From an uncultured Aliarcobacter sp. (lineage in GTDB: Bacteria > Campylobacterota > Campylobacteria > Campylobacterales > Arcobacteraceae), in the NCBI GenBank assembly GCA_963664305.2, contig CAXXLV010000002.1, positions 1,504,001 through 1,568,000 of the forward strand: a stretch of DNA of 64,000 nucleotides. The letters run 5' to 3'. The translations under genes and the position numbers were made by a program. Below the pieces are notes generated by a model. The model was not told the origin of the DNA and did no database searches. It saw only the letters and a program-made list of their open reading frames with translations. This document shows positions 1 to 11,421 of the stretch, piece by piece. Every line of letters begins with the position of its first letter. The first letter of the stretch is position 1.

Positions 1-85
1 TCATATAAATCACATTATTATCATTTGAATAACCATATGCCATGATTAAAACAGTGATTATATTTGTTATGTCCGTTCTATTCAT
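1..85 (-). CDS. N-terminal part of a membrane protein, possibly DUF445 family (runs off window edge)
   Basis: ATG at 85 with upstream GAGGGAG SD; reads MNRTDITNIITVLIMAYGYSNDNNVIYM... to the edge. Confidence 0.5.
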   Translation of the reverse strand, partial: MNRTDITNIITVLIMAYGYSNDNNVIYM

Positions 86-211
86 ACTAAATCTCCCTCT
101 ATAAGTAAGAAAAATTTTATCATAAGTTTTTAAAACAATTTATAAATCACATTTGTCACCTTTTTGTAATCAAAGCTTTTTATAATTTTATAAAAAGCTT
201 GCGGAGTATAA

Positions 212-1924
212 ATGATAGATATCCAAAAAGAGATAGAAAAGAAGTTCCCAAAAATAAAAGAAAAAGAGAGTTTTTTAAAAAAATCACTTTTTAAAATTGC
301 TAAAAAAATAGTTCATGAAGATTCAATAAATCAGTTTTTATCACAAAATTCTCACTTAAAAGGGTTTGAGTTTGTAGATGCTGTTTTAGATTATTTTGAT
401 TTTGATTATACTGCTTCAAGTAATGATTTACAAAATATTCCAACAAGTGGTAAAGTAGTAATAATTGCCAATCATCCATTGGGAGGATTAGATGCACTTT
501 GTTTATTAAGACTTATTTCAACTGTTAGAAAAGATGTTAAAATAGTTGCAAATGACTTTTTAGCTGGTTTTGAAGCACTAAATTCACTTTTAATTCCAAT
601 AGATAACTATAAACTTAGACAATCAAAAAATGATATCAAAAAGATTTATGAAGCGTTAAATAATGAAGAAGCTGTAATCATTTTTCCAGCAGGTGAAGTA
701 AGTCGTGCTACAACAAAAGGAATAAAAGACCCAAGTTGGAATAAAGGTTTTTTAAACTTTGCACAAAATTCAAACTCACCAATTTTACCTATATTTTTAG
801 ATGCAAAAAATTCTAAAACTTTTTATACAATCTCTGTTATTAATAAAACTTTTTCAACACTTTTACTATCACATGAAATGTTTAAAAAGAAATCGAAAAG
901 AATAAATATAAAAATTGGACAAATTATCCCAAATGAAAATATAACTCCAAAAGGAATTGATAAAAAGTTTTTATTAAATCTTTATAGAAAACATTTATAC
1001 TCTTTAAAAAAAGGAAAAAAATCTTTTTTTGAAACTCAAAGTGCTATTGCTCATCCTGTTAGTAGAATTGATTTACTAAATGAATTAAAAAAATCAAAAC
1101 TAATTGGGCAAACAAATGATGGAAAAAAAATCTATCTTTATGACTATACAGAAGACTCTATCGTTTTAAAAGAATTAGGAAGATTAAGAGAAATCTCTTT
1201 TAGAAAAGTTGGTGAAGGTGTAAATAAAAAAAGAGATACTGATAAATATGATATTTATTACCAACATATTATTTTATGGGATGAAAATGAACTTGAAATT
1301 GTAGGTTCTTATAGAGTTGGAAATTCTGATTTTATATTTAAAAATATTGGAATAAAAGGTTTTTATTCTAATAATTTATTTAAATATAATGAAGAGTTTG
1401 TACCATATTTACAAAATTCAATAGAACTAGGTCGTAGTTTTGTTCAACCAAAATATTGGGGAACAAGAGCTTTAGATTATCTTTGGTATGGAATTGGTGC
1501 TTATTTAAAAAATAATCCAAATATAAAATATATGTTTGGTCCTGTTTCAATTAGTGCAAATTTTCCACCTGTTGCAAAAGATATGATGATTTTTTATTAT
1601 TCACATTATTATGGTTCTAGTGAGAAATTTATTGAAGCAAAAACACCTTACCAATACTCAAATAAATTGAGTGAAATAAAAGAGTTATTCGATTTAGAAG
1701 ACAAAAAGAAAGATTTTAAATTTTTAAAATCTGCCTTATCAAATATTGGAGTTAGTGTTCCAACTTTATATAAACAATATAGTGAAATAGCAGAAGATGG
1801 TGGGGTTAAATTTTTAGATTTTAACATTGACAAAGATTTTGGTGACTGTATTGATGGATTTATTTTAGTTGAAGTAAATAAAATAAAAGATAGTGCAAGA
1901 CAAAGATATATAGAAAAAGAGTAA
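212..1924 (+). CDS. Bifunctional lysophospholipid acyltransferase / GNAT N-acyltransferase (OlsF-like aminolipid synthase)
   Basis: N-terminal PlsC motifs NHPLGGLD and FPAGEV; C-terminal OlsB-type GNAT (LGRLREISFR, ELGRSFV). Confidence 0.75.
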   Translation: MIDIQKEIEKKFPKIKEKESFLKKSLFKIAKKIVHEDSINQFLSQNSHLKGFEFVDAVLDYFDFDYTASSNDLQNIPTSGKVVIIANHPLGGLDALCLLRLISTVRKDVKIVANDFLAGFEALNSLLIPIDNYKLRQSKNDIKKIYEALNNEEAVIIFPAGEVSRATTKGIKDPSWNKGFLNFAQNSNSPILPIFLDAKNSKTFYTISVINKTFSTLLLSHEMFKKKSKRINIKIGQIIPNENITPKGIDKKFLLNLYRKHLYSLKKGKKSFFETQSAIAHPVSRIDLLNELKKSKLIGQTNDGKKIYLYDYTEDSIVLKELGRLREISFRKVGEGVNKKRDTDKYDIYYQHIILWDENELEIVGSYRVGNSDFIFKNIGIKGFYSNNLFKYNEEFVPYLQNSIELGRSFVQPKYWGTRALDYLWYGIGAYLKNNPNIKYMFGPVSISANFPPVAKDMMIFYYSHYYGSSEKFIEAKTPYQYSNKLSEIKELFDLEDKKKDFKFLKSALSNIGVSVPTLYKQYSEIAEDGGVKFLDFNIDKDFGDCIDGFILVEVNKIKDSARQRYIEKE

Positions 1925-1943
1925 AATTTTCACTCTTTTTCTA
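1911..1943. terminator. Bidirectional intrinsic terminator between convergent genes
   Basis: tagaaaaagagt ... actctttttcta inverted repeat. Confidence 0.6.
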
Positions 1944-1952
1944 CTCTTCAAA

Positions 1953-2468
1953 CTATTTTTTACAGTGTTCAGCGTAATAATTACCAAACTTAGTTTTTGT
2001 TCCTTCTTTATCTTCACCTGATGTATATTTTGTAACTACAGGATTACACTCATCAATCCATTTATTAATTCCATAAATTTTTACAGTGTTAAATCCCATT
2101 TGTCTAAAAGCTTGAGCTTCAAGTGATGCTCTTGCAGCTGTATTACAAACAACTATTAAATTTGTTTTTACAAACTTTTCATTGTCATCTAAAACAATAT
2201 TTTCTAAAGCTTTTTCAGGTGCTTCACGCCCTACTCTTTGAGAACCTTTAATAGCAGCTGCTGACCACTCTTCCATAGTTCTTACATCAACAACAGCCCA
2301 ATCACTTTTTGTTAATGCATCTTTTACTTCTTGAGTAGTTGCATAAAGTCCATCTTTTTTTGCTTCTTCTTTTAATTTTGTTGTTAAATTATGATAATTA
2401 ACAAAATCAGCAGCAAACATAGTTGATGCTAAAAATCCAGCTGTTAATAAAACTTTTCCTAATTTCAT
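1953..2468 (-). CDS. Exported rhodanese-like domain protein
   Basis: Signal peptide; VVDVRTMEEW and active-loop VCNTAARAS. Confidence 0.8.
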   Translation of the reverse strand: MKLGKVLLTAGFLASTMFAADFVNYHNLTTKLKEEAKKDGLYATTQEVKDALTKSDWAVVDVRTMEEWSAAAIKGSQRVGREAPEKALENIVLDDNEKFVKTNLIVVCNTAARASLEAQAFRQMGFNTVKIYGINKWIDECNPVVTKYTSGEDKEGTKTKFGNYYAEHCKK

Positions 2469-2593
2469 ATATCTCTCCTTATATAAAAACCTCTTACTAG
2501 TTTCAGTAATTAGTTAAATAGAGTCTATATGAACTTAGTTTAAATTATAATAAATACTTATATTAATTTTATTAATACAAATTATACATTTTT

Positions 2594-4228
2594 TTAATAG
2601 TACTCTTTACTATTATCTAATCTACAATATAAAACCTCGTCAACAACAGCTTTTGCAATATGATTTGTTGCAACGATAATATGTTCTAGATTTAAACTTT
2701 TTAGAGATTCTTTCTCTTCATCTGTTGTTACATTTACAATAGTTTTACTATTTTTTGTTAAATCTCCAACTGCTTCACAAATTAAATGTAAAATTTCTGG
2801 ATTATTAACAGCAACAATAACAGCAGACGATTTTGTAATATTTAAAGAATTTAAAATATGTTTTTGGGCTGCATTTCCAAAAATAATTGGTTCACCTTTA
2901 TCTTTACCTTCTTGGTAAAATTTTACATTATGTTCTAAAATTACGTAATTTTGACCAAAGTTTTTTAACTCTTCTACTATTGCTTGTCCAAATCTTCCAT
3001 ATCCTAAAACTATTACATGATTTTCTAAATCTTCAGAAACATGATGTGTATTTGTAATCATCATCACATCTTCAGGCATAAGTTTTGCTGCTGCTTTAGA
3101 TAAATTTTTTAATATGATTGGAGTTAAAATCATAGAAATTACAATTGTTACAATCAAAATTTGTGAATTTGTTGTATCAATCAAACTTTGACTTCTTGCT
3201 AATTCTAAAATTGCTAGTGAAAACTCTCCAATTTGAATCAAAGAAAGTGCAGTTTTAAATGCAACTCTTTTATTGTCTTCATATCTTACAAGTGCATAAA
3301 TTACTCCAAATTTTAATGCCATTACAAGTGGTAATAAAACTAAAATTACTAAAATATAATCTGCAATTATTTTAAAGTTTATTTGCATACCAACCGTTAT
3401 AAAGAAAACCCCAAGGAGTATATTTCTAAAGGGAATAAGGTCAGCCTCAACTTGATGTTTAAACTTCGTTTCTGCAATCATCATACCAGCTATAAAAGCT
3501 CCTAGAGAATATGAAAATCCAAAATAATATGCTAAATATGCAGACCCAACAGCAAGAAGTAAAACAGAAGCAACAAAAAGTTCATCCGATCTTGTTGCAG
3601 ATACATATCTTAAAAATGGTTCAAGTAAATATTTTCCACTAAAATACAGTAAAGCTAGTAATATAACTGCTGCAAGCACAGTTTTTCCTATTGTAAAAAT
3701 ATAAGTACTATCATCACCTTTCATAGAAAAAAATGAAATCATAAGCAAAATAGGAATTACTGCAATATCTTGCATAATTAAAATCCCTAAAACTCTTCTT
3801 CCATATGGTTTTGTAATCTCTTTTGTTTCATTAAATGTTTTTAAAACTATTGCTGTTGAAGATAAAGAAAGAGCTGTTCCCATGATTAAAGAAGCAGGAG
3901 TATCAAATCCTAAAATAAATTTTGATATTAAAAATACAAAAAATGCTGTTACAATTATTTGTAAACTACCCGTGAAAAAAACTTCTCTTCTCATCTTTTT
4001 TAGATGATTTAAAGAGAATTCTAATCCAATAGTAAACATTAAAAATACAACTCCAAACTCAGCTATTTCTTTTAATTCATGATTATTTACAGCTTCATGA
4101 AGATTAAATGCATAAGCTATTATTGTTCCAGTTAAAATATATCCTATAATTGTTGGTAAATGTACTTTTTTAAGTATTAGATTTAAAAATAGAGCAATTG
4201 AAGTTGCCGCAACAATAATTCCTAACAT
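2594..4228 (-). CDS. CPA2 family K+/H+ antiporter with TrkA-N domain (KefB/KefC-like)
   Basis: Multi-TM; EFGVVFLMFTIGLE, QIGEFS; C-terminal GYGRFG Rossmann motif. Confidence 0.9.
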   Translation of the reverse strand: MLGIIVAATSIALFLNLILKKVHLPTIIGYILTGTIIAYAFNLHEAVNNHELKEIAEFGVVFLMFTIGLEFSLNHLKKMRREVFFTGSLQIIVTAFFVFLISKFILGFDTPASLIMGTALSLSSTAIVLKTFNETKEITKPYGRRVLGILIMQDIAVIPILLMISFFSMKGDDSTYIFTIGKTVLAAVILLALLYFSGKYLLEPFLRYVSATRSDELFVASVLLLAVGSAYLAYYFGFSYSLGAFIAGMMIAETKFKHQVEADLIPFRNILLGVFFITVGMQINFKIIADYILVILVLLPLVMALKFGVIYALVRYEDNKRVAFKTALSLIQIGEFSLAILELARSQSLIDTTNSQILIVTIVISMILTPIILKNLSKAAAKLMPEDVMMITNTHHVSEDLENHVIVLGYGRFGQAIVEELKNFGQNYVILEHNVKFYQEGKDKGEPIIFGNAAQKHILNSLNITKSSAVIVAVNNPEILHLICEAVGDLTKNSKTIVNVTTDEEKESLKSLNLEHIIVATNHIAKAVVDEVLYCRLDNSKEYY

Positions 4229-4240
4229 AAAACTCCTCTC

Positions 4241-6358
4241 TTATTTATAATGCATTTGTTTGTATCCCTCTAACCTTTTTTTATAGGCAGAGTTTAACAT
4301 CGCATTCTTTGAATCTAAAAAATCTATTGCTAAGCACTCTTGATTTCCACGTCCAATTCGACCTAAATATTGAATTAATCTTCCATAATAAGAGATTGGT
4401 GTTGCGAACATTATAGTATTTAAATGTGGGAAATCTATACCTTCACCAAAATATGAAGTAGTTGCAAGTATAAGTGATTTAGATTTTACTAAATTCATAT
4501 TTTCAACTTGCTCTTTTTTATTTTGACTTCCATGTACACTGATATAATCAATATTTTCTTTTTGCAATAAATTTTCTAAAATATTTATATGTTCTATTCT
4601 ATCAGTTAAAACTAAAATTTTTCTTTCAATATTGTTTTTTATTGCATAAATTATTAAATTATTTCTATTTTCATCAACACAAAGCTCATTTATAATAGTT
4701 GCATAGTTATCGGCTTCGCTACTAAATTCTGTTCTAATTATTTGTAGTTTATTTGTATGTGTTCTTTTCTTTTTATATTCATAAGAAATCTCACCCAATT
4801 GTTGATATAAAATAGGTTGTAATTCATCTTTTCTATTTGGTGTTGCACTTAAACCCAAAATATATCTACCCTTAAAACTTTTGATAATTTGTTCAAAAGT
4901 AAGTGCTGGAATATGATGGCATTCATCAACTATTACAAAAGAGTAATTTTCAATAATTTTTGGGTCGTTTTTTAGACTTTGCATAGTTGCAACATCAATT
5001 TGACCATTTAATTTATTGTGACCTTTTCCTAAATATCCTATATCTTTTTTAGAATATCCAAAATAATCCACAAATCGTTCAATCCATTGATTTAAAAGCA
5101 TATTTTTATTTACAACAATAAGTGTCGAACAAGCTCTTAGTTCAAATATTTTTGCTCCAAGCAGAGTTTTTCCAAATCCAGGAGGTGCAACACAAATAGA
5201 ATAATCAGATTTTTTTATCTCTTTTATTGCATCATTTTGTTCTGGTCTTAGATTAAAAGTTACTTTTTTTGTCTCTACTTTGTTAAAAACTCTTTTATCA
5301 ACAAATGAATAAGAAACTGCATTTGAATTAAAAAAATCAACAATTTTTTCTTTTAATCCTCTTGGAAGAAGTAAATATTTTTCATTTTCTTCAAAAGACC
5401 TTATATATTTTGGAGTATTAAAAAGTGGTTTTCTTAAACTTAGTAATACTTTTATTTGAGGATTTTCAAAAGTTGCAAAAGATTTTAATTTACTAATCAA
5501 TGATTTTGATAAATTATACATTGGTATATAAATATAATCTTCCAAAATTATCTCTATTTTTTCAAGTGGAAAATCTATTTTCTTTAAATCTTTTTCTACA
5601 CTTATTGCCGTTGGAATTTCTGCAAAATTACAAATTGTTTGTTTTGAAACTTTTGAAACATTGGCTAAAACACTCCATTGGTCTTCATAAATTTTATTTG
5701 TATTCATATCTATAAAAATGGTTCTATTTTTATCTCTATGTTTTAAATGAAGTGGTAATTCAATACAATTTCCTAAATTTTCTTTAGTTGCAAACTCTCT
5801 ATTTGGATAAGTTTTTGCACTGATATTTGCTTTTTTTAAAACATATAAAGTAAAATTAAAAGCTATTTTAGATGAGATTTCTTCTTCAAAAAATATCCAA
5901 ACAAAAAGTGAATTATAGGAACTCAATTCATAATATGCTTTTATATTTAAAGAATTTAGAGTTATTTGAAGTTTGAATTTATCCTCATCAGCTATTTCAA
6001 AAACTACAAACTTTGACATATTTTTTTGATTTATACAATAAGTTGCTAAAAAACTATTTCCTCTTAAATGCTCTTCAATTTCATAATTTGTTAAAGGCAA
6101 ATAATCTTCACCTTGAAAAGTTTTTGTAACTGGATAAAAGCCTTGTTTTTGTCCATCTTTACTTACCCATTTTTTTGCAAAAATATCAAAGCGCCCTATA
6201 AATAAAGATTTAAAAAGTTCTATTTTTTCATCTTTTGATAAGTTTTTTTTAATAAGTATATTTTTTTGTTTAATTTGCTCTTTTAGAAACTCTATTTCAT
6301 CATCTATTTTATTCTTTTGAATATAGAGTTCTTCTAATCTTTTTTCAAGATTTTCCAT
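4241..6358 (-). CDS. SF2 DEAD/DEAH (ResIII-like) helicase with N-terminal primase-like (TOTE-type) domain
   Basis: Walker A APPGFGKT, DECHH, SAT, QYLGRIGR; start could be 6358 or 6361. Confidence 0.8.
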   Translation of the reverse strand: MENLEKRLEELYIQKNKIDDEIEFLKEQIKQKNILIKKNLSKDEKIELFKSLFIGRFDIFAKKWVSKDGQKQGFYPVTKTFQGEDYLPLTNYEIEEHLRGNSFLATYCINQKNMSKFVVFEIADEDKFKLQITLNSLNIKAYYELSSYNSLFVWIFFEEEISSKIAFNFTLYVLKKANISAKTYPNREFATKENLGNCIELPLHLKHRDKNRTIFIDMNTNKIYEDQWSVLANVSKVSKQTICNFAEIPTAISVEKDLKKIDFPLEKIEIILEDYIYIPMYNLSKSLISKLKSFATFENPQIKVLLSLRKPLFNTPKYIRSFEENEKYLLLPRGLKEKIVDFFNSNAVSYSFVDKRVFNKVETKKVTFNLRPEQNDAIKEIKKSDYSICVAPPGFGKTLLGAKIFELRACSTLIVVNKNMLLNQWIERFVDYFGYSKKDIGYLGKGHNKLNGQIDVATMQSLKNDPKIIENYSFVIVDECHHIPALTFEQIIKSFKGRYILGLSATPNRKDELQPILYQQLGEISYEYKKKRTHTNKLQIIRTEFSSEADNYATIINELCVDENRNNLIIYAIKNNIERKILVLTDRIEHINILENLLQKENIDYISVHGSQNKKEQVENMNLVKSKSLILATTSYFGEGIDFPHLNTIMFATPISYYGRLIQYLGRIGRGNQECLAIDFLDSKNAMLNSAYKKRLEGYKQMHYK

Positions 6359-7511
6359 CATAACCAATCAAAGATAAAAAATTTTCAACAACTAAAAATG
6401 AACCAAAAACTAAATATTCTTCATTTTCTTCTATTTTTATAGTTTCCTCTTTCATCAGATTTAATTGTTTTATAACTCTTTCCAATTCTTCTTTTTTTAC
6501 AATTCTTTTATCATCAAGTTCAATAATTGCTATTTTTTTAATTATAGGTTCTAAAATTTTTAAAACCGTTTCATAATCTTTATCTCCATAAGAGTTATAG
6601 ATAAGATTTATTTTTTTATCTTTAAATTCATTTACAATAACTTGAGCTGCAAGTGGATTATGTCCCACATCTATAGTCACATTTGGCAAAATTCTTTGGC
6701 ATCTTCCAAAAAGTGGCGTGTCATCAAAAAGTTTTAAATCAATAGAAATTTTTAATTCATTTAAACATGCTATTACTAAGTGTAAATTTCTTTTTAAATA
6801 TGAAGCAAATTTATCATTTAAAGAGTACTTGTCAAAGTCTTTAACTTCAATAATTTCTATATTTTTATCTCTTTCTTTTAAAATTTGTTTTTTTACTTCA
6901 TACGCTGTTTTAATAACTTCATCATAAACTTGATAACCAATAATCATTTTGTTATCGCATGAACGCATTTTTGTAGCTGCTATTTCTTCAAGTGTGTTTC
7001 CTAAAAAACTCTGATGATCAAGACCAATTGTTGTTATTAATGAAATATCATTTGGAACAACATTTGTTGCATCAAATTCCCCACCAAGACCAGCTTCTAA
7101 AACTAAATAATCAAAATCTTTTGATAAATAAAACGCTATTAGTGTTGTATATTCAAAATAAGTCAGTTTTTCAAGAAGTTCTATTTCATATAAATTTTGC
7201 AAAAATTTGTGAGCAATTTCAAGATTTTCATCACTTACATCAAATCCATTTATCCAAATTCTTTCATTGAATTTTAAAATATGTGGAGAACTATAATGTA
7301 AAACTTTATAATTTTTTTTATATAAATAATGAGATAAAAATCTTCCTGTACTTCCTTTTCCATTAGTACCAACTATATGAATTACAAAAGGAAGTTTTAT
7401 TTTTGTAGATAAGATATCCCAAGAAGATTTTACATAACTAAAATCAATTTTATCATAATAAAGAGTTTTATATTTCAAAAACTCTTCAAGATTTAGCTCT
7501 TTTAAATTCAT
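6345..7511 (-). CDS. folC: Folylpolyglutamate synthase/dihydrofolate synthase
   Basis: GTNGKGS, SPHI, EAGLGGEFDATN, DVGHNP motifs. Confidence 0.95.
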   Translation of the reverse strand: MNLKELNLEEFLKYKTLYYDKIDFSYVKSSWDILSTKIKLPFVIHIVGTNGKGSTGRFLSHYLYKKNYKVLHYSSPHILKFNERIWINGFDVSDENLEIAHKFLQNLYEIELLEKLTYFEYTTLIAFYLSKDFDYLVLEAGLGGEFDATNVVPNDISLITTIGLDHQSFLGNTLEEIAATKMRSCDNKMIIGYQVYDEVIKTAYEVKKQILKERDKNIEIIEVKDFDKYSLNDKFASYLKRNLHLVIACLNELKISIDLKLFDDTPLFGRCQRILPNVTIDVGHNPLAAQVIVNEFKDKKINLIYNSYGDKDYETVLKILEPIIKKIAIIELDDKRIVKKEELERVIKQLNLMKEETIKIEENEEYLVFGSFLVVENFLSLIGYDGKS

Positions 7512-7516
7512 AATAT

Positions 7517-8041
7517 TTATCTAAATGAAGCTACTGCTATTTTTGATAAGATTTCATCTACAGCTTTATTTGATGCATTTGAAATTGCATCAAATCTATT
7601 TGAATCAGTCAATGTTGTTCCAATATCAATTGAGAAATCATATTCTCCTTCAACTGTAAATGATTTTTTTATTCCATCATCTTTTCTAAAATAATCAACT
7701 TTTATTACAACCATTGCATTATAAAGTTTATTATATCCTTCTTTATCGTATTGTAATGTTGATATTTTTACTGAACTAATTCCTAAATTCATAATTACAT
7801 CTGCTTTATTTCTATCATTTACTATTTTTGAATCAAGCTTTTGAAGTAAAATTTTATTTACAGCATCTTTCACTAAAACAGAGTTTCTTGGGTCTTCTAA
7901 ACTAACATCTAGTTTAATGAAAACATTTCCTTCCATCTCTTTTTTAGCATAATAAGTTGAAGGTTTATACCCACATGCACTAATAAAAAAAGTCAAAGTT
8001 ATTGTAAAAACAAAAAATAGTAAATTTTTAGAAATATTCAT
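7517..8041 (-). CDS. lptE: LPS assembly lipoprotein LptE
   Basis: Lipobox ISAC-GY; position directly after leuS. Confidence 0.75.
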   Translation of the reverse strand: MNISKNLLFFVFTITLTFFISACGYKPSTYYAKKEMEGNVFIKLDVSLEDPRNSVLVKDAVNKILLQKLDSKIVNDRNKADVIMNLGISSVKISTLQYDKEGYNKLYNAMVVIKVDYFRKDDGIKKSFTVEGEYDFSIDIGTTLTDSNRFDAISNASNKAVDEILSKIAVASFR

Positions 8042-8046
8042 AAATT

Positions 8047-10512
8047 TTATCCTTTAATAACGAAGTTTACCAATTTACCAGGCACAACTATCTCTTTTAG
8101 AAGTTCATTTTCACCTAACCATTTAGCTGCTGCAACTTTTGCTTGAGCTAAAACTTCTTCTTTTGAAGCATTTGGAGTTACTTCTATTTCACATCTTTTT
8201 TTACCATTTACAGTAACTGCTAAGGCTATAGAATCTAATTTAAATACTTCTTCTTTTACTTCTAATTTACCATCAAGATTTTCAAGTTTAAATAAGTCAT
8301 TTGATAATTCCCAACAAGTATGAGGAATTATTGGCTCTAAAATATTAGTTAAAATATAATAACCTTCTGCCCAAACTGATTCATTTTTTTGTACTTGTAA
8401 AGCATTTAATGCTTCCATTGAAGAAGCAATTAATGTGTTAAAAGTATAAGTTTTTGTAAATACTTCATTTGATTTTACTAAAGCTTCATATACTTTTTTT
8501 CTTGCTTCTTTTTCTTCTTTATTTAATTCTGAATGATTTATAGATTTAAAATTTGCTAATCCATTTGAAGTTACATTTATTGCTCTTTCAAAGAATTTTT
8601 TTATAAATCTATATGCACCATCAACAGCACTATCATTCCACTCTAACTCTTTTGTTGGTGGTGCTGCAAACATCATAAATAATCTTGCTGTATCAGCTCC
8701 ATATTTATCAATAATTAAATCAGGATCAACTACATTTCCTTTTGATTTAGACATTTTAGCACCATCTTTAAGTACCATACCTTGAGTAAGTAATCTTTTA
8801 AATGGCTCTCTTGAATTTGTATAACCTAAATCATTTAATACTTTTGTGAAAAATCTTGCATATAATAAGTGTAAAATTGCATGTTCAATTCCACCAATAT
8901 ATTGATCAACATCCATCCAATAGTCACTATCAGATTTTGAAATTCCTACTTCATTCCATTGTTTTGGATTTGTTGCATATCTTAAAAAATACCATGAAGA
9001 TTGAACAAAAGTATCTAAGGTATCTGTTTCTCTAATTGCTGGTTTTCCACAATTTGGACAAGAACAATGTTTCCATGTAGGATGAGAATCTAAAGGATTA
9101 CCTTCTCCTGTAATTTCAACATCTTCTGGTAATGCAACAGGTAAATTTTCAATTTTTTCAGGAACTAATCCACAATCATCACAATGGATAAATGGAATAG
9201 GAGCTCCCCAATATCTTTGTCTAGAAACTCCCCAGTCTCTTAGTTTGAAATTAATCTGTTTTGAACCTAAAGAGTTTTGCTCAAAATGATAAATTATTGC
9301 TTTTTTTGCTTTTGTATTTGGAAGTCCTGTAAATCCTTCACTATCAATTAATGTACCTTCAGCAGTGTAAGCCTCAGTTAAATTTTCAATAACGCCTTCA
9401 TTTCCAACTATTACTTGTTTCATTGGTAAATCATATTTTTTTGCAAATTCAAAATCTCTTTGGTCATGAGCAGGAACTGCCATAACAGCTCCACCACCAT
9501 AAGAGCTTAATACAAAATTAGCAACCCACACAGGAATTTTTTCACCTGTTAATGGATGCATAACATCAATCTCTAAAGAAACTCCCTCTTTTTCTTGAGT
9601 TGCTCTATCTCTTTCAGAAATTTTTTGCATCTCTTTAATAGCTTTAATTTTTTTCTCTGGTAAAAGATTATTTTCAACTATATATTTTACAATTGGATGT
9701 TCAGGTGCAAGTGCTGAATATGAAACTCCATAAATAGTATCAGGACGTGTAGTAAATACAAAATACTTACTAAATGATCTTTCTAATTTTGCTTTTGATT
9801 CAATAGATAATTCAAATTTAAACTCTAAACCTTCACTTCTTCCAATCCAGTTTTCTTGCATTGTTAAAACTTGAGAAGGCCAATTATCTTTTAATAATTG
9901 TAAATCATCAAGTAATTCTTGAGCATATTTTGTAATACCTACATAATATCCTGGCATCTCTTTTTGTTGAACTTCGTTGTCACATCTCCAACAACAACCC
10001 TCTTCAACTTGCTCATTTGCTAAAACTGTATGACACTCTTCACACCAATTTACAATAGTTGATTTTCTATAAAGTAAATTTTTTTCATACATTTTGATGA
10101 TGAACTCTTGTTCCCATTTTGTATAAAGTTCATCACTAGTTGCAAATTCTCTTGTTTCTGAAAAAGACAGACCTAAAGATCTTAATTCTTGTCTCATATA
10201 ATCAATATTTTCATAAGTCCATTTTTTAGGATGAAGTTTATGTTTTATTGCTGCATTTTCTGCTGGCATTCCAAAACTATCCCATCCAATAGGATGTAAA
10301 ACATTAAATTTTTCTTTTCTAAAATGTCTAGCAAAAGCATCACCTAAACAGTAATTTCTTACGTGTCCCATGTGAATTCTTCCACTTGGGTATGGAAACA
10401 TACTTAATATATATTTTTTTTCTTTTGTTAAATCATCACTCGGCTCAAAAGATTGTTTTTCACTCCAAAAATTTTGCCATTTTTTTTCAATATCTTTTGA
10501 ATTATATTCCAT
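8047..10512 (-). CDS. leuS: Leucine--tRNA ligase
   Basis: HMGH and KMSKS motifs, CP1 editing domain. Confidence 0.98.
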   Translation of the reverse strand: MEYNSKDIEKKWQNFWSEKQSFEPSDDLTKEKKYILSMFPYPSGRIHMGHVRNYCLGDAFARHFRKEKFNVLHPIGWDSFGMPAENAAIKHKLHPKKWTYENIDYMRQELRSLGLSFSETREFATSDELYTKWEQEFIIKMYEKNLLYRKSTIVNWCEECHTVLANEQVEEGCCWRCDNEVQQKEMPGYYVGITKYAQELLDDLQLLKDNWPSQVLTMQENWIGRSEGLEFKFELSIESKAKLERSFSKYFVFTTRPDTIYGVSYSALAPEHPIVKYIVENNLLPEKKIKAIKEMQKISERDRATQEKEGVSLEIDVMHPLTGEKIPVWVANFVLSSYGGGAVMAVPAHDQRDFEFAKKYDLPMKQVIVGNEGVIENLTEAYTAEGTLIDSEGFTGLPNTKAKKAIIYHFEQNSLGSKQINFKLRDWGVSRQRYWGAPIPFIHCDDCGLVPEKIENLPVALPEDVEITGEGNPLDSHPTWKHCSCPNCGKPAIRETDTLDTFVQSSWYFLRYATNPKQWNEVGISKSDSDYWMDVDQYIGGIEHAILHLLYARFFTKVLNDLGYTNSREPFKRLLTQGMVLKDGAKMSKSKGNVVDPDLIIDKYGADTARLFMMFAAPPTKELEWNDSAVDGAYRFIKKFFERAINVTSNGLANFKSINHSELNKEEKEARKKVYEALVKSNEVFTKTYTFNTLIASSMEALNALQVQKNESVWAEGYYILTNILEPIIPHTCWELSNDLFKLENLDGKLEVKEEVFKLDSIALAVTVNGKKRCEIEVTPNASKEEVLAQAKVAAAKWLGENELLKEIVVPGKLVNFVIKG

Positions 10513-10856
10513 TAAAACTCTTCCTTGTCTTGACTTTTTGCACTTTCTATTAAAGCTAAAGCTACAGAGAAAATATTAGCTACTATTGCTCCTATTGCTA
10601 AAGAGATAGTTAAAGCTACATTATCTGTAAATGTTAATACCATAAAGGCTGGGATTAGGTGTAAATCTGCAACTAATGAACTAGCTAACAATTCAGCAGC
10701 GAGCAAATTTTTTACACCGAGTTTGAGTATTGTTGAAATAACGTTTACACCGGCTGCTATAAATAGTGCGATTGCGTTTGGTTCATAAATAAAACCTGCT
10801 GTTGTTGTTAATGACATTAATGAGAAGAAAATATAAATTACTTTACCCCAATCCAT
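10512..10856 (-). CDS. Conserved Campylobacterota membrane protein (DUF6394-like)
   Basis: [11 protein letters not shown]... ADLHLIPAF; typical neighbour of secF/leuS. Confidence 0.7.
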   Translation of the reverse strand: MDWGKVIYIFFSLMSLTTTAGFIYEPNAIALFIAAGVNVISTILKLGVKNLLAAELLASSLVADLHLIPAFMVLTFTDNVALTISLAIGAIVANIFSVALALIESAKSQDKEEF

Positions 10857-10929
10857 TTTTATCCTTTTTATTATTTTTGCTTTTTAATAAGGCAAATATA
10901 TTAACTAAAAAATGATAAAAAACTGCTTT

Positions 10930-11400
10930 TCAATCAACAAACTTATTTCTATTTTTAATTGCTATTATCATCTTATAAATTAAATAAAAAATTATAATTT
11001 TAAGTGATATTTGAATAATTAGGTATAAACCAAAACCATCTTGAATAATTTCAAAGATATTAAGATTGTGTAACAGTAGATTAAAAGACAAATCGTGAGT
11101 TATAAGAAGATATAAACAAATTGATATATAAAGAGATAAAAATAAGAATTGTTCTTTTTTCATAAATACAAAACTATAAACACTATACCAAACAAAAAAA
11201 ACTAACATAAGAGCAACTAATAACTCTTTAAAAATTCCATCTGGAATATATTCTATGTATTTTTTTGATATATCTAAAAATTCATACTCAATAATTGAAG
11301 ATAGAAACTCTAAAACCAAAATCCAATTTAAAGCTAACAACCAATTTCTTCCATTTTCAGATGTTACTAAATCAAATTTTACTTTTATATTTTCTATCAT
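10930..11400 (-). CDS. Hypothetical membrane protein
   Basis: About 4 hydrophobic segments; SD GAGGT upstream. Confidence 0.7.
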   Translation of the reverse strand: MIENIKVKFDLVTSENGRNWLLALNWILVLEFLSSIIEYEFLDISKKYIEYIPDGIFKELLVALMLVFFVWYSVYSFVFMKKEQFLFLSLYISICLYLLITHDLSFNLLLHNLNIFEIIQDGFGLYLIIQISLKIIIFYLIYKMIIAIKNRNKFVD

Positions 11401-11421
11401 TAAAATTACCTCATAAAAATG

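Noticed and set aside
1953..2468. Rhodanese as the missing PQQ-cluster CXXCW protein
   Set aside because: About 35 kb away, lacks CXXCW and lacks the box
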